Assembly (NCBI GenBank): GCA_965242695.1
Contig: CBDESU010000001.1
Location: 1,120,001 to 1,184,000, forward strand
From: Cenarchaeum sp.
GTDB lineage: Archaea > Thermoproteota > Nitrososphaeria > Nitrososphaerales > Nitrosopumilaceae
DNA: 64,000 nucleotides
Direction of reading: 5' to 3'
This document shows positions 51,301 through 58,213 of this stretch, one piece after another; the first letter of the stretch is position 1, and each line of letters opens with the position of its first letter. A model generated the notes under the pieces. It saw only the letters and a list, made by a program, of their open reading frames with translations, had not been told where the DNA came from and made no database searches. The translations under genes and the position numbers were made by a program.

Positions 51301-51493
51301 GAATAGAGGAGCCTGCCTCATTGTCGCGGAACACTGCGGTCGGATGCGCCGAGGCCGGCGGCGGCGCAAAGGGGGCCTGGGCGTGCGCCTCGCCCGGGGC
51401 CGTCGCAAGCGCAAGCGCCGATGCCGCCGCAAGCAGCGCCAGCACGGCCGCGGCGCGCGGCGCCCCCGCGCGGGCGCCGCCGCCCCTATCCAC
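27356..51493 (-). CDS. Giant (~8,045 aa) secreted surface protein: signal peptide, 10 beta-propeller modules with Ig-like spacers, 20-aa-repeat stalk, Pro/Gly linker, CFI-box-CTERM membrane anchor
   Basis: Uninterrupted 24-kb ORF. TTTATAAT at 51594-51587 lies inside the ORF-track start, so the start is probably GTG 51493, followed by signal peptide ...VLALLAAASALALATAPGEAHA/Q. Blades read FTLRNGDTYA...VQLIRVHENGTL; Ig-like units read SV.SPYDDLYGPHTITD...TLVFEYTV. Confidence 0.9.
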   Translation of the reverse strand: MDRGGGARAGAPRAAAVLALLAAASALALATAPGEAHAQAPFAPPPASAHPTAVFRDNEAGSSIQDADSIDAFALHNGGTYVVGVGSTHGGIHLARVVEPQGGQTASLELGASRLRAHSGFGDIVTPVDVEAFALRNNNTYAMVVSHDTSTVSLVRIRGNSLSVLDSVSDGESDSRGRAYGALGGPYAVDVFTLRSGDTYAMVASEDDDGVQTIRVHENATMSAGHSAVLRDFSGLLNSRAITTFDLRDGNTYALVGGRDSTRIQLIGVHEGGAMTNEGHAENGDSTFGMLDGTTALDSFTLRSGDTYALAAAWNGHGVQLIRVHEDGDLTGADFVRDGERGFERLREPFDVRAFAMDGDTYAMVSSWAEHAIQLIRVHENATLEAAGYISRSDTHLNSPTGVDAFDLPNGRTYAAAASYAANAMWLLELSLPVPSVRHVTSADADGGYPLNATVGISVVFSGRVYIDEDNPPALLMNTERNATYLTGSGTTALTFAYTVGEMDREIVLDYDGTDALAGGTILNYLNETADRMLPDAASGKTLGHLKKLAIDKSGPVPGSVTSPYDDLYGPHTITDANAIIPIAVNFDEPVVIYEGAGGRTPTLEVDAGGATPGIAEYASGNGTSALVFKYTVRQGDRTGGLNYTGTGALSLNGGAITDLLGHALDQPLPDPGGPDSLGATEDIVIDTSLSPPPSTLLPNIRLDGHVYGPDYNPELPRRPSNNNFEGIRGVDAFTLRNGETYLIAAAIGGGGDYNVHDPAVWLFHVAGDGELTLLTGAGQKAVSGAEFAALTNPLHVKAFTLRNGDTYAMVSSGNRDGADGAVQLIRVHEDATLEAAGEARNGSLSAGGSGRAYDALAKPRDLEVFALRNGDTYAMVTSDGVAGSDDEYGGVQLIRVHENGTMAAADSKLSDPQPTLRDPHDPLHLSRAVAAFSLRDGDTHALVGGDNSKRVQLLGVHGNGSMARETDALNGAGGFSYLEDIYDLDPFTLRNGDTYALATSHDRHAVQLIRVHENGALSGADSIADNSALKLRRASGVDTFVLDGDTYAMVSSGPSSPTPSSPDYHLESGVQLIRVHENDTLQAGDPARGYEISGGTFVYRDVAAFTLPDNRTYVAATASGNVDAMNLFRIDMPTPSVRYVTSPNDNGYHPNGTSIDVAVVFNARVYVDADDPPELRLNTNRTAEFVSGSGTTALAFRYDILDGDPTTSLDQNGTDALEGGAIANYLGERANRTLPEKGTGDTLGERKRITVSGMPPRVESVTSPYDDLYGPHTITDPGAIVPIAVNFDRPVDIREDGGRRPALRLNAGGAAPGSAYYASGNGTSTLVFEYTVRQGDRTADLNYTGADALSPNGGAIAGYVTALVLPAPGSPGSLSASEDIVIDTHASPPPSVLRPPVEFLGFVFDSASMQRVHGIDSLALRNGDTYVIGAGRTGNGFYLALVDEDADPGPMLKEAWKSRDHQDFPAIQVPVDVEAFTLRNGDAYAMAASDGADGVYLFRVHENATLEVAGEARDGMPGAGGARYDALMDPLRVEVFALRNGDTYALVTSQTENGVQLIRVHEGGTLAAADSKDRLDSGYSGLASSRAVTAFGLRDGSTYALVGGGGSSVVQLLEVRGDGTLASRGSALNGTLGFDRLHSIVALDSFTLRNGDTYALAASEGDAVQLIRVHEDGTLAGTDSADDGDDGFPSLQGPYDVEAFAIDGDTYALVSSGEGTGAVQLIRVHEDGTLEGLGSNRTQYLDATRGVESFVLRDGRTYAVAAGSQFSAMHLISMPPPPPSVRYVTSPDADGSYPNGTTINVTVVFSARVYVDADSPPTLNMSTGRDAAYAYGNGTTALTFRYVVEEMDTNGVLSHGVGPNSLDGAIKNYLGTPALRALQADGSGNTLGERKSIIIDTMPPELLSVSSPYDDLYGPHTITDANAIIPIALNFDEPVIIYESVGVPTLEVDAGGATHGNATYASGNGTSTLVFEYTVRQGDRTADLNYTGTDAFSLNGAAIADYAGHAFEQGLVLPAPGHPDSLSGSESIMIDTSLSPPPSTILPAIDYSKRKNVQSTTIFRSPIGIDAFTLRNGETYVIVALNDLHTVELLHVNRGGGISSVSDRVAFATALQNPFDVEAFTLRNGDTYALVSSNGLTSGRGLEYGGVELIRVHEDATMEAAGVALHNARDAGGRAYDALARPRDLEVFTLRNGDTYAMVASKPSDGVQLIRMHEDGTMAAADSESHADRNDYRGLEKSISVAAFGLRDGGTYAVASGDATRHLQLLGVREDGTLALEGLATNGERNLAHLHDIRAMAPFTLRNGDTYVLSASDSENAVQLIRVHEAGSISGPDSIAYSENDDVGLNLRDLRGVDTFVMDGDTYAVASSYNIEDDSVQLIRVHENGTLEASNSATGLTLNGRARYDDVAAFTLPGGSIHVAAAANTAFGVALFDISLPPPSVRYVTSPNADGSYPAGATVYATVVFNARVYVDADNPPTLNMSTDRDATYAYGNGTTALTFRYVVEEMDTNGVLSHGVGPNSLDGAIKNYLGTPALRALPAAGSGNTLGERKSIIIDTMPPALLSVSSPYDDLYGPHTITDPGAVVPIALNFDEPAVIDERHGRPVLKIDAGGATHGNATYASGNGTSALVFEYTVRQGDRTADLNYTGTDAFSLNGAAIADYAGHAFEQGLVLPAPGHPDSLSGSESIMIDTSLSPPPSTIKPALIAPGSGDTDRYVFDQTGLDAVQGIDSFTLRDGETYVIAAANDAESVWLIQVREGGVLDVRHRVRGGSDFAALGGSVHVEAFALRNGDTYAMVASNDDDAVQLIRVHEDATLEAAGTHGVLEEPLEVDVFALRNGDTYAMVTSETEDGVQLIRVRENGAMSAGDSKSVSIPGYGGLANSRAVAAFGLRDGGTYALVGGRNSPETQLLGVRGDGTLDQIGVADHGTSGLDRLRDTFALASFALRNGSTYALAASFERHTVQLVRVHEDGSLTGADSERDGQRGFDLLREASDVDTIVMDGDTYAVVSSEDDRGIQLIRVHENATLEAAGSADTNGILNTPSQPRGVTAFTLGDGGAYAAVAAANIDAVVLFEISLPPPSVRYVTSPDADGYYTAGDKINVTVVFDARVYLAGGPPALRLNTGHDATYVSGNGTTALAFEYVVRADDGPIALDHDGRTALAGATITNYLNETADRLLPADRSGSTLGELKAIWIDMTDPELLSVSSPYDDLYGPHTITDPGAVVPIALNFDEAVAIYESEGMPTIELDTGGATHGNATYASGNGSTTLVFEYTVRQGDRTGDLNYTGRNALSLNGGSIAEPSGRVPDLQLPAPGRPNSLSASESIAIDTSLSPPPSTLMPDIELHGYVYGPRQGNNDFDAISGVDAFTLRNGETYLIATTGYDNRGATNSVRLFHVSGSGTITLLTGAGQKAEVGAEFAALTNPYHVKAFTLRNGDTYAVVSSHVLGPGGDRDGAVQLIRVHENATLVAAGEARNGSLGAGGGAYDALARPSGLDVFALSNGDTYAVVASNGLDTRGSSEYGGVQLIRVHEDGTMAAADSELSDPPAGSVIRDPLHLSRAAAAFSLRDGGMRALVGGDNSPRVQLLGVHGNGSMAREMDAVNGAGGFSNLYDIFDLEAFTLRNGDTYALATSFDNHAVQLIRVHEAGALSGADSIADNSALKLRRASGVDTFVLDGDTYAMVSSGPSSPVPSSPDYHLESGVQLIRVHENGTLQAGDPDRGHEESGGRFAYRDVAAFTLPDNRTYVAATASGNVDAMNLFWIDMPAPSVQYVTSPDANGTYFSGETVRVSVVFNARVYVDADSPPTLNMSTGRDATYVAGNGTTALEFKYTIERPDANALDHGVGPNALDGSIKNYLNAAANRTLPAAGSGNTLGERKSIVIDTMPPALLSVSSPYDDLYGPHTITDANAIIPIEIAFSEAVVIGERDGRPVLELDTGGATYGNATYASGNGSSTLVFEYTVRQGDRTGGLNYTGRDALSLNGGTITDPLGYAAVLRLPAPGDPNSLGGSESIAIDTHLSPPPSTLMPVINRTSYVYDGSSTYIDGIGSVDAFTLRDGETYLAAAVYSASGVDGNAVQLFHVARDGGLARLAGPGQRLNATEFPAMPNPLHVEAFALRSGDTYAMVSSMESTRTSGDGAVQLFRIHENATLEAAGVARNGSMGADGNAYDALARPRDLAVFALRNGDTYAMVSSTGDASTSTDYGGVQLIRVHEDGTMSAAGSELSNIPYPGPYDSLYLSRAVAAFELRNGSTHALVGGDDSPRVQLLGVHADGSMSREGHAARGAPGLDYLYDVFDIAPFTLRNGDTYALATSHEEHAVQMIRVHENGSLSGSGHIHDGDRYDLKLRHARGVDTFVLDGDTYAMVSSADRSVQEQGVQLIRVHEDGTLGAEAAARGHEVNNGWFAYEDVAAFTLPDDRTYVAASASGNVDAMNLFRIDLPAPSVQYVTSPDAAGSYPAGTPINVTVAFDGRVYVSGGPPELRMNTGNAAKYLAGNGTTALLFEYRINATDPQVALDHNNTRALEGGAITNYLGEAANRTLPAGGSGGTLGERKRIVPDTMPPALLSVTSPYDDLYGPHTITDPGAIVPIALRFDEPVVIRESGGRPLLWLNTGGATHGNATYASGNGSSTLVFEYTVRQGDRTGGLNYTGTDALSLDGGTIADYAGHAPELGPALPVPGHPDSLSGSESIMIDTFLSPPPSTLMPDIELHGYVYGPDEGPPNRPIDNDFDAISGVDAFTLRNGETYLIATTGYDNRGATNSVRLFHVSGSGTITLLTGAGQKAEVGAEFAALTNPYHVKAFTLRNGDTYAMVSSHVLGPGGDRYGAVQLIRVHENATLVAAGEARNGSLGAGGGAYDALARPSGLDVFALSNGDTYALVASNGLDTDGSSEYGGVQLIRVHEDGTMAAADSELSAQVDPLYRSRAAAAFSLRDGGMRALVGGDNSPRVQLLGVHGNGSMAREMDAVNGAGGFSNLYDIFDLEAFTLRNGDTYALATSFDNHAVQLIRVHEAGALSGADSIADNSALKLRRASGVDTFVLDGDTYAMVSSGPSSNVRSSPDYHLESGVQLIRVHENGTLQAGDPARGHEVSGGRFGYRDVAAFTLPDNRTYVAATASGNVDAMNLFRIDMPAPSVQYVTSPDANGTYFSGETVRVSVVFNARVYVDVGDPPALRMSTDRDARYVSGSGTTALAFEYEVQHGEPRMALDHHRDRGTALGGGPITNYLNAGAGRDLPAAGSGSTLGELKDITVDGIRRPVTTVSSPYDDMYGPHTITDPGAIVPIAVDFGRPVSIYEGAGGRTPTLELSTGGATAGTAAYASGNGTTALVFEYVVRQGDRTDDLDYAGTGALKLNGGAIRDANGRNVVSGLPRHGDDGSLAATEDIVIDTSLSPPPSTMRPVLSSLRSFFAACESVATLNGAYGLDAITLPNGDTYVIAAARGSHAVQMLLVNERGDLECGDFARDDSVSSGSDFDTLSHAQFVDVFRLRNGSAYAMVSSHGDNGVQLIRVHDDGSLQAAGSLRKDQDSSLALTGAHRVHVFSLRSGDTYAMVASPAENAVQLIRVHEDATMSNAGSIGPGPPYAHLGDSRAATTLVLPGGGTYALAGGRSSGGVDMFRVGDGGATAYQRSASDDAGFQELDGADGLVSFALRNGSKHVLAASYADSGAQLIRVHDDGTLSGPDSVGHGDSGYSALELANGADALVLDGDTYVLVASYADGKQAHFGPGGGAQLIRVHEDGTLEGIDAATRLVFRFPLFQLGANTDVVAFTLPNGRAYAAVASSGQDTVELLGISPRSPSALRVTSHDANGTYYTGTTVNVTVVFEGRVYVDADNPPVLAMSTGGSAAYASGNGTTALTFGYAVKLGDSGILDHNGTNALAGGPITNYLNDTYAHSLPAAGSAQALGVLKSILVDGLPAMTAQVHGDAPSVSDSATQTRMFAATPADAPSVSDSATASAMFGVTAADTPSVSDSATQTSMFAATPSDTPSVSDSATATAMFGIAPRDTPSVSDSATASAMFGVTAGDTPSVLDSATATAMFGIAPRDAPSVSDSATASAMFGVTAADTPAVSDSSTQTSMFAATPSDTPSVSDSAAATAMFGIAPRDAPSVSDSATASAMFGVTAADTPAVSDSSTQTSMFAATPSDTPSVSDSSTQTSMFAATPSDTPSVSDSAATTGMFNTMASDDPSISDSATASGMFGIMPRDTPAISDSATATAMFGIMASDAPTVSDMANLSGTYGASVGDAPAVSDMATQLGTFAIVPADAPTVSDSATTSGMFGITPSDTPSVSDSATATAMFNASASDAPAVSDMANLSGTYGASVGDAPAVSDMATQLGTFAIVPADAPTVSDSATTSGMFGITPSDTPSVSDSATATAMFGIMPSDTPSVSDSATTSGMFGIMPTDAPAVSDSAAAVGTFNATATDTPSVSDSATTSGMFGIMQTDTPTVSDSAAAVGTFNATATDTPTVSDMGTLSGMFGASPTDTPAVSDSVVLSGSLRVSPLDTPAVSDSVELSGMYGATASDTPTVSDSATTSGMFGIMPSDTPSVSDSVTTSGMFGIMPSDTPSVSDSADATAMFGIAPSDTPSVSDSVTTSGMFGIMPSDTPSVSDSADATAMFGIAPSDTPSVSDSATTSGMFGIMPTDTPAISDSVELSGMYVVSPIDAPSVSDSVELSGMYGARAGDTPAISDSATATATFGIMTADTPAVSDSATTSGMFDAMPSDAPAVSDSAELSGMYVISPSDAPSVSDSAELSGMYVVSGTDSPAVSDTGIAARMFDVRHGDAPAVSDSAAASGMFDIMPSDAPSVSDSAELSGMYAASGADAPAAHDSIVLSGSVRMALRDAPAASDSAGAEWTAFEAAPPSVMSVSSPYNDMYGPHAITWPGAIVPIAVGFDRPVAIYEGPGDPAARAASALLDSAALPAALPAASAPTAALGGPSSSHLGGPPQPPPPALELAAGGASRAVAPYAYGNGTSTLVFEYEVREGDAAARLDYARIGALLPNGWEIRAVGRGPAAGLDLPPPGEAGSLGASENIMIDASLDPPPSTLRPGMHPVHSMRIPSAGQVAGIDALALPGGDAYIAAAIGAPPGERAGSVHLLRVHENGTLEAAASVRGGGPGLEALGDARHIDAFMAADGSAYLAVASSSGPGGEEDGSVQLLRVRENGELDAAGSLRGAALYGGPGPADPGRPSAFSTYGGGTYAAVPLPSADAVQIVRVHGDGTLSAAGSAGPGGAYAYLDGAAAAAALAFGRDGTYAVAGGRSGGGVDSIRVHGDGAASHAGSAGPETFRLAGAGDLEAVALRNGSKHVLAASQADGGVQLVRVGADGSLVAGGSAGYGDPGLSGLRGASGIATLVLDGDSYAFVSARGVEGGTGGAQLVRVHENGTLESAGAVSAALADSAGTGTWPIGRPADAAAVALPGGRTYAALAVPDGNYVGLVEVSQPRPSVQRIASPDAGGEYRAGEAVSIVVVFDGRVYVDAAGPPSLGMGAGGGDAAYAYGNGTTALAFEYVVRAGDQAGILGGGGGAGLADGAIVNWLGAPAVRDLPEDGSGYALGDLGIRIAGTGAPGMYGASAGDAPAVSDMAGHVHGSRQQPPPPVVVPPPEPPPPPPVVVPPPTPPSSLPFPTPAAPPPSGGGGGGGGGGGGGGGGRGIAMPAGGGGQAGGPPRLPSVAEVAWDFCGGNDDLRVLVDGGGGGGGGGGAGGASHGAYVVVLQGGSGAALPAAPAGESGTGRDTEWLAGVDVAAGRDLRIEVRMTSGDAALGYPHPPPAAECEANLSSGPECYVVADRYDMLVDSCSGSRILGAGAEAEPEPRRDGDSGGDTGAAAPPAPAPPATEPDEEPAAPAPAGRVGLPLPLPAVDLGGGADEARPPADEPAAGSAGEAAGSRRGGGCLIATAAYGTELAPQVQALRELRDGDMLGSPAGAQIMAALSSAYYAVSPAAADMARENAAFRDMARILLAPPLAALQAAAQAVDGRDAGWTDAAALAAAALVLAAAAPAALLVRRLCGERRGRAGARAVPHAAGQSAPTGRPVTRR
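30900..33720 (-). repeat. About 47 imperfect 60-bp coding repeats (DTPSVSDSATxxGMFGIxxx)
   Basis: AGTCCGAGAC..GGGG(G/T)GTCGG recurs once in every 60-nt line; in frame in the giant ORF. Confidence 0.9.
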
Positions 51494-52263
51494 CTCCCCC
51501 CCCCCCAGCCGGGATGCGCGGGCGGCGCGCTGGTGCGATCGGGCGGCGCGCCTCCAATGCCAACGCCGCGGCACGGGCGCTAGCCGATTATAAATTTGCA
51601 TTCACATGGGGGCCGCGGACCTCTTTTTTTGCGGCAGTTGCGGGGCAGGCGGGCAGGGCCGCAGGGTGCGCCGCATGGCCGGGCGCACGGCGGGCGGCCT
51701 TGGCGTCGGAACGGCAGGCGCGGCGCGCGGCCCGCCGCGCGCGCCCGTCCGGCCCTAGAGCCGGGGCGGCGGCGCGCGATGCAGCCCGCAGCGCGGCGGC
51801 GATCGGCGGATCCGCCGCGCGCGCCCCCCTGCATCCGCCGCCCCGGATCGCCTAGGCGGCGGCGCGGACGCGGCAGCCGCGGCCGGCCCCGCCCGCCGCC
51901 TCGGAAATTCGCCCGTACGCCGCCCCGGCGGGGCGAGCCAGAGGCGGACGCGGCCGCAGCCCGCAGGCGGATGCGGCGCGCCGCGGGGGCATGCCGGCGA
52001 GGGCCACCGTGCGCGCCCCGGATCTGGCCGCAGTGCGCCCCGCGCGGCGCGCCGTGCCCTCCCTGTTCCGGACCGCTGCAGAGAAGGGTCGCATCCCAAG
52101 GTCCGGCAGGGGCCCGCCCCGCCGGCAGCCCGCCCAAGCGACGGCGCTGCGCCCTGCCGCCCGCATCCCCCCTCCGTCCCGCCCCCGGCGGCGCGCGCGT
52201 CCCGGCAGCGCTGGAATTCGTGATCGGCATGCCTTTAATACGGAGGCCCTAGTCCGCCCCCCG

Positions 52264-53619
52264 TTGAAGCACAGGAGGGTCGTCAGCCTCACGCAGGCGC
52301 TGACGGGGCAGGACCTGCAGGCCATAATCGAGGACCTGTGCGCCATCGTGCGCGAGTGGTACTCGGACTCGAGGCACGCCCCGCGGGCCATATCGGCCGC
52401 CTGCATCTCGGCCATCGAGCAGCTGTGCAGGCACCTCATCGCCCTGCAGCTGAGCAGGGACGACAGCACCATGCCCCGGACCCTGACGATCGACATCGTC
52501 AGCCTGGCGCGCGCCGCCGGCATGCCCCCGGCCGTCCTCGTCTCGTTTACGTACAACTTTCAGAGCGTCGAAGTTATCATAGAGGTCCTGCGCGGTCACG
52601 GCATCACCGACCCGTTCAAGGGCGACGAAAAGCTCAAGCGCGACTACGACGCCCTGGCCGCGTTCAGGCACGACCGCATCCACACGTCGACGTACAAGGG
52701 CCTCGACGGGCGGGCCGCGTACGGGACGACCGAGCGCCTCGCGTTCATCCTGCCGCAGGACTTTCCCGACACGGCGATCGACATGCGCCTGTTCCAGGGC
52801 GACGTGTTCAGGGGAATGCGCCTCTGGGAGATGTCGAAAAGGGGCTATGAAAAGGCGCTGGAATTGTGTATAGTGCAGGTTGCCGAGAATCCTAGCAGCG
52901 CCGAGGTGCACGCAAAGACGGGGCTGGCGCTCGCAGGGCTGGGGCGGCACGAGGAGGCTCTGGCTGCGTACGCCAATGCGATCGAGCTCGAGCCGGATCG
53001 CGCCGTCACGCACCTTGGCAGGGCCCAGGCGCTGGCAAAGATGGGCCGCGCCGAAGAGGCTCTGGCGGCGTACGGCCGAACCATTGAACTTGCCCCGTCC
53101 CTTGCAGAGGCGCACCTACGGCTGGGCCGCCTGCTGGCTAGAATGGGCCGCCACGGGGAGGCGCTGGCTGCGTGCGATAGGGCGCTAGGGATTGACAACG
53201 CAATGCACAGGGCGCACTTGCTCAGAGGCGACCTGCTTGCCGACATGGATCGCAACGACGAGGCGCTTGCGGCGTACGACATGTCGGTGGAACTGGCCCG
53301 GTACGACGAGGATGTCCATCTGCAGCGAGGTAGCCTGCTCGCAGAGATGGGCCGCACCGAGGAGGCGCTGGCTGCGTACGACAGGGCAATCAGGCTGGAC
53401 GGCACTTACGCCGAGGCGCATGTCCGCAAGGCAGAACTGCTTGCGGCGCTTGGTAGCACCGACGATGCCCTGTACTTTTACAACAGGGCCATCGATCTAG
53501 ACCCACACTTCGCATATGCACTTGCCGGCAAGGGGGGCATCCTGGCGCGCATGGGCCGCGCCGCAGAGTCAGCTGAATGCCACAGAGCGGCGAACCGCAT
53601 AGATCCTGGCCGCTACTAG
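52264..53619 (+). CDS. HEPN-like RNase domain fused to ~8 TPR repeats, copy 1
   Basis: TTTAATA at 52234-52240 precedes TTG 52264. N-domain has ISAIEQLCR, YNFQS and RHDRIH (RxxxxH); then seven canonical and one degenerate TPR. Confidence 0.8.
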   Translation: MKHRRVVSLTQALTGQDLQAIIEDLCAIVREWYSDSRHAPRAISAACISAIEQLCRHLIALQLSRDDSTMPRTLTIDIVSLARAAGMPPAVLVSFTYNFQSVEVIIEVLRGHGITDPFKGDEKLKRDYDALAAFRHDRIHTSTYKGLDGRAAYGTTERLAFILPQDFPDTAIDMRLFQGDVFRGMRLWEMSKRGYEKALELCIVQVAENPSSAEVHAKTGLALAGLGRHEEALAAYANAIELEPDRAVTHLGRAQALAKMGRAEEALAAYGRTIELAPSLAEAHLRLGRLLARMGRHGEALAACDRALGIDNAMHRAHLLRGDLLADMDRNDEALAAYDMSVELARYDEDVHLQRGSLLAEMGRTEEALAAYDRAIRLDGTYAEAHVRKAELLAALGSTDDALYFYNRAIDLDPHFAYALAGKGGILARMGRAAESAECHRAANRIDPGRY

Positions 53620-53739
53620 GCGCGCGGCGTCGTACCAGCGGGATGCCCAACGCACATCCCGCAACCCGTCTGTGGTACCTACACATACACACAAAAAAAG
53701 AAACAAAGAAAACCCAGAGCTGCCAATGGGTGCCCCGCG

Positions 53740-53934
53740 CTAGGGAATCTCATCAAGGCTTGCCTGCCACCGGCGCTCTTCGTACTCTTTTCGACCAATC
53801 TTTCGGAGATCCTCCAGCGACATGCTGTTCAAGCGTGCCGCCCGCTCCCAGTCCTCGGGCGTCAGCTTGGCCCTAGCCTCGGCGTCCAGCCTCTCAAGGT
53901 ACTCGGACTTGCCGCTTTCCGTTCCGTCTACCAT
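53740..53934 (-). CDS. Small charged protein (64 aa), convergent with HEPN-TPR copy 1
   Basis: ATG ~25 nt after a TTTATAA box (53964-53958); T-rich terminator-like tract at ~53693-53712; three paralogs. Confidence 0.75.
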   Translation of the reverse strand: MVDGTESGKSEYLERLDAEARAKLTPEDWERAARLNSMSLEDLRKIGRKEYEERRWQASLDEIP

Positions 53935-54152
53935 GAGGGGCCCGCACAAGGCCCTCTTATAAAGATTCCATGCGCATCTTCCCCGCATGCCGGCGCTAGC
54001 CGTCCCTGACATGACCTCCAACCAAATGTCATCCCCCCCCTCCACGCGATCGCGCCCCGCGCCCGCCATGCCGTCCGGGCGTCTTGAATGTCCAAGTGTG
54101 CGCCACAGGCTCCGACCCACAAGCCAGTCCTTCAACACTGCAATGCTTCGTC

Positions 54153-55508
54153 ATGCGAGCAGAGAGGGCCGCCAATGCCACTCCGTCGCTGACGGGGCAG
54201 GACCTGCAGGCCATAATCGAGGACCTGTGCGCCGTCGTGCGCGAGTGGTACTCGGACTCGAGGCACGCCCCGCGGGCCATATCGGCCGCCTGCATCTCTG
54301 CCATCGAGCAGCTGTGCAGGCACCTCATCGCCCTGCAGCTGAGCAGGGACGACAGCACCATGCCCCGGACCCTGACGATCGACATCGTCAGCCTGGCGCG
54401 CGCCGCCGGCATGCCCCCGGCCGTCCTCGTCTCGTTTACGTACAACTTTCAGAGCGTCGAAGTCATTATCGAGGTGCTACGCGGTCACGGCATCACCGAC
54501 CCGTTCAAGGGCGACGAAAAGCTCAAGCGCGACTACGACGCCCTGGCCGCGTTCAGGCACGACCGCATCCACACGTCGACGTACAAGGGCCTCGACGGGC
54601 GGGCCGCGTACGGGACGACCGAGCGCCTCGCGTTCATCCTGCCGCAGGACTTTCCCGACACGGCGATCGACATGCGCCTGTTCCAGGGCGACGTGTTCAG
54701 GGGAATGCGCCTCTGGGAGATGTCGAAAAGGGGCTATGAAAAGGCGCTGGAGCTGTGCGTGGTGCAGGTCGCCGAGAGCCCGGACAGCGCCGAGGTGCAT
54801 GCAAAGACGGGGCTGGCGCTGGCAGGGCTGGGACGGCACGAGGAGGCGCTGGCATCGTACGCCAAGGCGATCGAGCTCGAGCCGGAGCGCGCCGTCACGT
54901 ACCTTGGCAGGGCCCAGACTCTTGCAAGCACAGGCCGCAACGAGGAGGCTCTGGCAGCGTACGGCCGAACCATTGAACTTGCCCCGTCCCTGGCAGAGGC
55001 GCACCTGCGCAGGGGCGAGCTGCTAGCAAGTATGGGCCGTGTCGAGGAGGCGCTGGCATCGTGCGACACGGCGCTCGGCATCGACGATGCGATGCACAGG
55101 GCGCACCTACTCAGGGGAGGCATGCTCGCTCAGATGGGCCGTAGCGACGAGGCGCTTGCGGCGTACGACATGTCGGTGGAACTGGCCCGGTACGACGAGG
55201 ATACCCATCTGCAGAGGGGAGGCCTGCTAGCGAAGATGGGCCGCGCCGATGAAGCGCTTGTAGCATACGACAGGGCAATCAGGCTGGACGACACGTACGC
55301 CGAAGGATACTGTCGAAAAGGAGATCTGCTTGCGACTCTCGGCCGCACCGACGATGCCCTGTACTTTTACAACAGGGCTATCGATCTCGACCCGCGCTTT
55401 GCATATGCGCTGGCAGGCAAGGGGAGCATCCTAGCGCGCATGGGCCGCGCAGCCGAGTCCGACGAGTGCCGCGAGGCTGCACACAGCATAGACCCCGGCC
55501 GTTACTAG
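54153..55508 (+). CDS. HEPN-TPR fusion, copy 2
   Basis: HEPN region almost identical to copy 1 (RHDRIH); TPRs diverged. Confidence 0.8.
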   Translation: MRAERAANATPSLTGQDLQAIIEDLCAVVREWYSDSRHAPRAISAACISAIEQLCRHLIALQLSRDDSTMPRTLTIDIVSLARAAGMPPAVLVSFTYNFQSVEVIIEVLRGHGITDPFKGDEKLKRDYDALAAFRHDRIHTSTYKGLDGRAAYGTTERLAFILPQDFPDTAIDMRLFQGDVFRGMRLWEMSKRGYEKALELCVVQVAESPDSAEVHAKTGLALAGLGRHEEALASYAKAIELEPERAVTYLGRAQTLASTGRNEEALAAYGRTIELAPSLAEAHLRRGELLASMGRVEEALASCDTALGIDDAMHRAHLLRGGMLAQMGRSDEALAAYDMSVELARYDEDTHLQRGGLLAKMGRADEALVAYDRAIRLDDTYAEGYCRKGDLLATLGRTDDALYFYNRAIDLDPRFAYALAGKGSILARMGRAAESDECREAAHSIDPGRY

Positions 55509-55620
55509 GCGCGCGGCGGCGTGCTAGCTAGGTACCTAGTGCACACCTGCTAATCCACTCATGCACCGATACAAAAAAAAAACAAAAATAGAGAGTAGAG
55601 TCGCCGGCGCATGCCACATG

Positions 55621-55803
55621 CTAGGGAATCTCGGCGAACCTTTCTTTCCACCGGCGCTCTTCGTACTCCTTTCGTCCAATCTCGTGGAGTTCCTCCAGCG
55701 ACATGTTCCTCAGGCGTGCCACGTGCACCCTGTTTTCGGGCGCCACTCCGGCCATGTCTTCCGCGTCCAAGCCCTCGGACTTGCCTTCTTTTCCATCCAC
55801 CAT
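55621..55803 (-). CDS. Small charged protein, copy 2 (60 aa)
   Basis: MVDGKEGKSE...NMSLEELHEIGRKEYEERRW...EIP; TATA box at ~55825-55831; A-tract (minus-strand T-tract) at 55573-55590. Confidence 0.75.
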   Translation of the reverse strand: MVDGKEGKSEGLDAEDMAGVAPENRVHVARLRNMSLEELHEIGRKEYEERRWKERFAEIP

Positions 55804-55985
55804 GCAGGGCCCGCACAAGGCCCCTTTATAAGGATTCCATACGCCTGTTCCCGCATGCTCGCGCAGGCTGTTCATTGACATGCCCCGCCTCTGGCCAAAC
55901 GCCTTCCAGTCGATCACACCCTGCTTCCACTGCCTGCTCGTGCACCGCAAGGGTCCAAGTGTGCGCCGCGGGCGCCCGCCCACAA

Positions 55986-58179
<2,194 letters not shown>

Positions 58180-58213
58180 CACAAGCCGATCTTCAGCACT
58201 GCGCGATCTCGTC

